Of a stretch of 64,000 nt of DNA, positions 62,780 through 64,000 are shown piece by piece. The DNA comes from Lachnospiraceae bacterium (GTDB lineage: Bacteria; Bacillota; Clostridia; Lachnospirales; Lachnospiraceae). The notes under the pieces were generated by a model. It saw only the letters and a list, made by a program, of their open reading frames with translations. It did not search any database and was not told the DNA's origin. The position numbers and the translations under genes were made by a program. The stretch's first letter is position 1. Each line of letters opens with the position of its first letter. The DNA is taken from contig JAZSFC010000011.1 in assembly GCA_045531955.1 (NCBI GenBank), forward strand, positions 15,772-79,771. The letters are read 5' to 3'.

Positions 62780-64000
62780 ATGATACCATATAATCCAAAA
62801 TCCATGAAGGCGGAGGAATTTATTAACGACGCCGAAATCAGAGCAACCTTAGAGTATGCGGAGGCAAACAAAAGAAATGTAGCGCTGATTGACGAAATTT
62901 TAGAGAAGGCACGTCCTAGAAAGACCGAGGACGGCTGGAACTGTGCCGGACTTTCCCACAGAGAAGCTTCTGTGCTTTTAGCTTGTGACCTTCCGGACAA
63001 AATCGAGAAGATTTATGAAATTGCCGCAGAAATCAAGAAGGCATTTTACGGCAACCGTATTGTAATTTTCGCACCGCTGTATCTTTCCAACTATTGTGTG
63101 AACGGTTGTGTTTACTGCCCATACCACATGAAGAATAAGACGATTCCACGTAAGAAGCTGACTCAGGAAGAAGTGCGCAACGAGGTGATTGCCCTGCAGG
63201 ATATGGGCCACAAGCGTCTTGCCATTGAAGCAGGCGAGGATCCGGTAAATAACCCGATTGAGTACATTTTAGAGTGTATCGATACCATTTACAGCGTACA
63301 TCACAAGAATGGCGACATCCGCCGTGTTAACGTAAACATTGCGGCTACTACCGTGGAGAATTACCGCAAGTTAAAGGATGCGGGCATCGGTACATATATC
63401 TTGTTCCAGGAAACCTATCATAAAGAGAGCTATGAAAAACTGCATCCGACCGGACCAAAGAGCAACTATGCGTACCATACCGAAGCCCACGACCGTGCTA
63501 TGGAGGGCGGTATCGATGATGTTGGTCTTGGTGTACTGTTCGGCTTGGAACTTTATAAGTATGAATTTGCAGGCCTTATGATGCATGCGGAGCACTTAGA
63601 GGCTGTATTTGGCGTGGGTCCGCACACCATCAGCGTGCCTCGTTTAAAGAAAGCAGACGACATCAATCCGGACGATTTCGACAACGGTATTGATGATGAA
63701 ACCTTTGCAAAGATTACTGCCTGCATCCGTCTGGCAGTGCCATATACCGGAATCATCATTTCTACCCGTGAAACCGAAGAAGTGCGCGGCAAGCTGTTAA
63801 AGCTTGGCGTTTCCCAGGTGAGCGGCGGCTCCAGAACCTCCGTTGGCGGTTATGCAGGTTACTCTGCAGAAGAACGCCCGCACGACACCGAGCAGTTTGA
63901 CGTTTCCGACCAGCGCTCCTTGGATGAAGTAGTACGCTGGCTCATGGAGAACGGTCATATTCCGTCCTTCTGTACCGCATGTTACCGTCTGGGACGTACC
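62780..64000 (+). CDS. hydG: [FeFe]-hydrogenase H-cluster radical SAM maturase HydG (3' partial)
   Basis: Open frame from ATG 62780 (RBS AAAGGAG) to the window edge, so it is absent from the ORF track. Translation MIPYNPKSMKAEEFINDAEI...LYLSNYCVNGCVYCPYH carries the radical SAM CxxxCxxC motif. ThiH/HydG-like. Confidence 0.85.
   Translation, partial: MIPYNPKSMKAEEFINDAEIRATLEYAEANKRNVALIDEILEKARPRKTEDGWNCAGLSHREASVLLACDLPDKIEKIYEIAAEIKKAFYGNRIVIFAPLYLSNYCVNGCVYCPYHMKNKTIPRKKLTQEEVRNEVIALQDMGHKRLAIEAGEDPVNNPIEYILECIDTIYSVHHKNGDIRRVNVNIAATTVENYRKLKDAGIGTYILFQETYHKESYEKLHPTGPKSNYAYHTEAHDRAMEGGIDDVGLGVLFGLELYKYEFAGLMMHAEHLEAVFGVGPHTISVPRLKKADDINPDDFDNGIDDETFAKITACIRLAVPYTGIIISTRETEEVRGKLLKLGVSQVSGGSRTSVGGYAGYSAEERPHDTEQFDVSDQRSLDEVVRWLMENGHIPSFCTACYRLGRT

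Noticed and set aside
1-64000. Search for tRNA, rRNA, transposase, integrase or prophage structural genes
   Set aside because: None found. All intergenic regions over 100 nt were read, and none has cloverleaf potential or rRNA-like sequence. No ORF shows DDE, tyrosine or serine recombinase motifs.

Overview
64-kb chromosomal window from a moderate-GC Firmicute, probably a Clostridia/Lachnospiraceae-type gut anaerobe. That assignment is inferred from the strong GGAGG-type ribosome-binding sites, the HydE/HydG plus TM1266-type regulator operon and a pectin-esterase lipoprotein. I saw no rRNA, tRNA, CRISPR array, transposase or integrase.

Gene order:
- 1-4.3 kb: small membrane protein, MFS transporter, GDPD phosphodiesterase, a coiled-coil membrane protein and an SGNH esterase.
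- 4.3-10.5 kb: arginine genes, with argG on the minus strand, then maf and GNAT-argJ-argB-argD. The two arg promoters share a 14-nt ARG-box-like motif. A 137-nt rod-like palindromic element sits between argB and argD.
- 10.6-15.7 kb: LytTR response regulator, a transmembrane-less GHKL kinase and a heterodimeric ABC exporter pair. The first exporter gene is split by a T8 frameshift.
- 15.7-19.4 kb: a visibly AT-rich islet holding the best candidate for a new system. It reads consensus promoter, two tandem 50-nt structured repeats, terminator, then a 216-aa nuclease-like ORF. That is the architecture of a type III toxin-antitoxin locus, but the protein does not look like ToxN/AbiQ. Next to it are a small XRE controller-like gene, duplicated palindromic operators and a 743-aa NPPY N6-adenine methyltransferase that may be a single-chain type IIG enzyme.
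- 19.5-22.7 kb: bactofilin-like protein, dtd, an unannotated 42-aa Cys/Gly-rich peptide, cyclophilin and a MerR regulator.
- 22.9-28.4 kb: a 1838-aa lipoprotein carrying one CE8 pectin methylesterase and two SGNH esterase modules, behind a MerR-type 19-bp-spacer promoter.
- 28.5-33.4 kb: DMT and MATE transporters, a P-loop protein, xpt with an in-frame TAG, and a pbuX-like permease.
- 33.5-61.1 kb: a remarkable, almost gap-free, same-strand array of 39 small enzyme genes. It includes 8 GNATs, 2 NUDIX, 3 methyltransferases, nucleoside phosphorylases and deaminases, and ANT-, APH- and blasticidin-S-deaminase-like enzymes. One XRE regulator on the opposite strand interrupts it.
- 61.1-64 kb: a highly structured about 330-nt leader with a terminator/antiterminator, then the TM1266-type regulator, hydE and hydG (3' partial).

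Functional calls rest on motifs read by eye from the translations. No database search was run.
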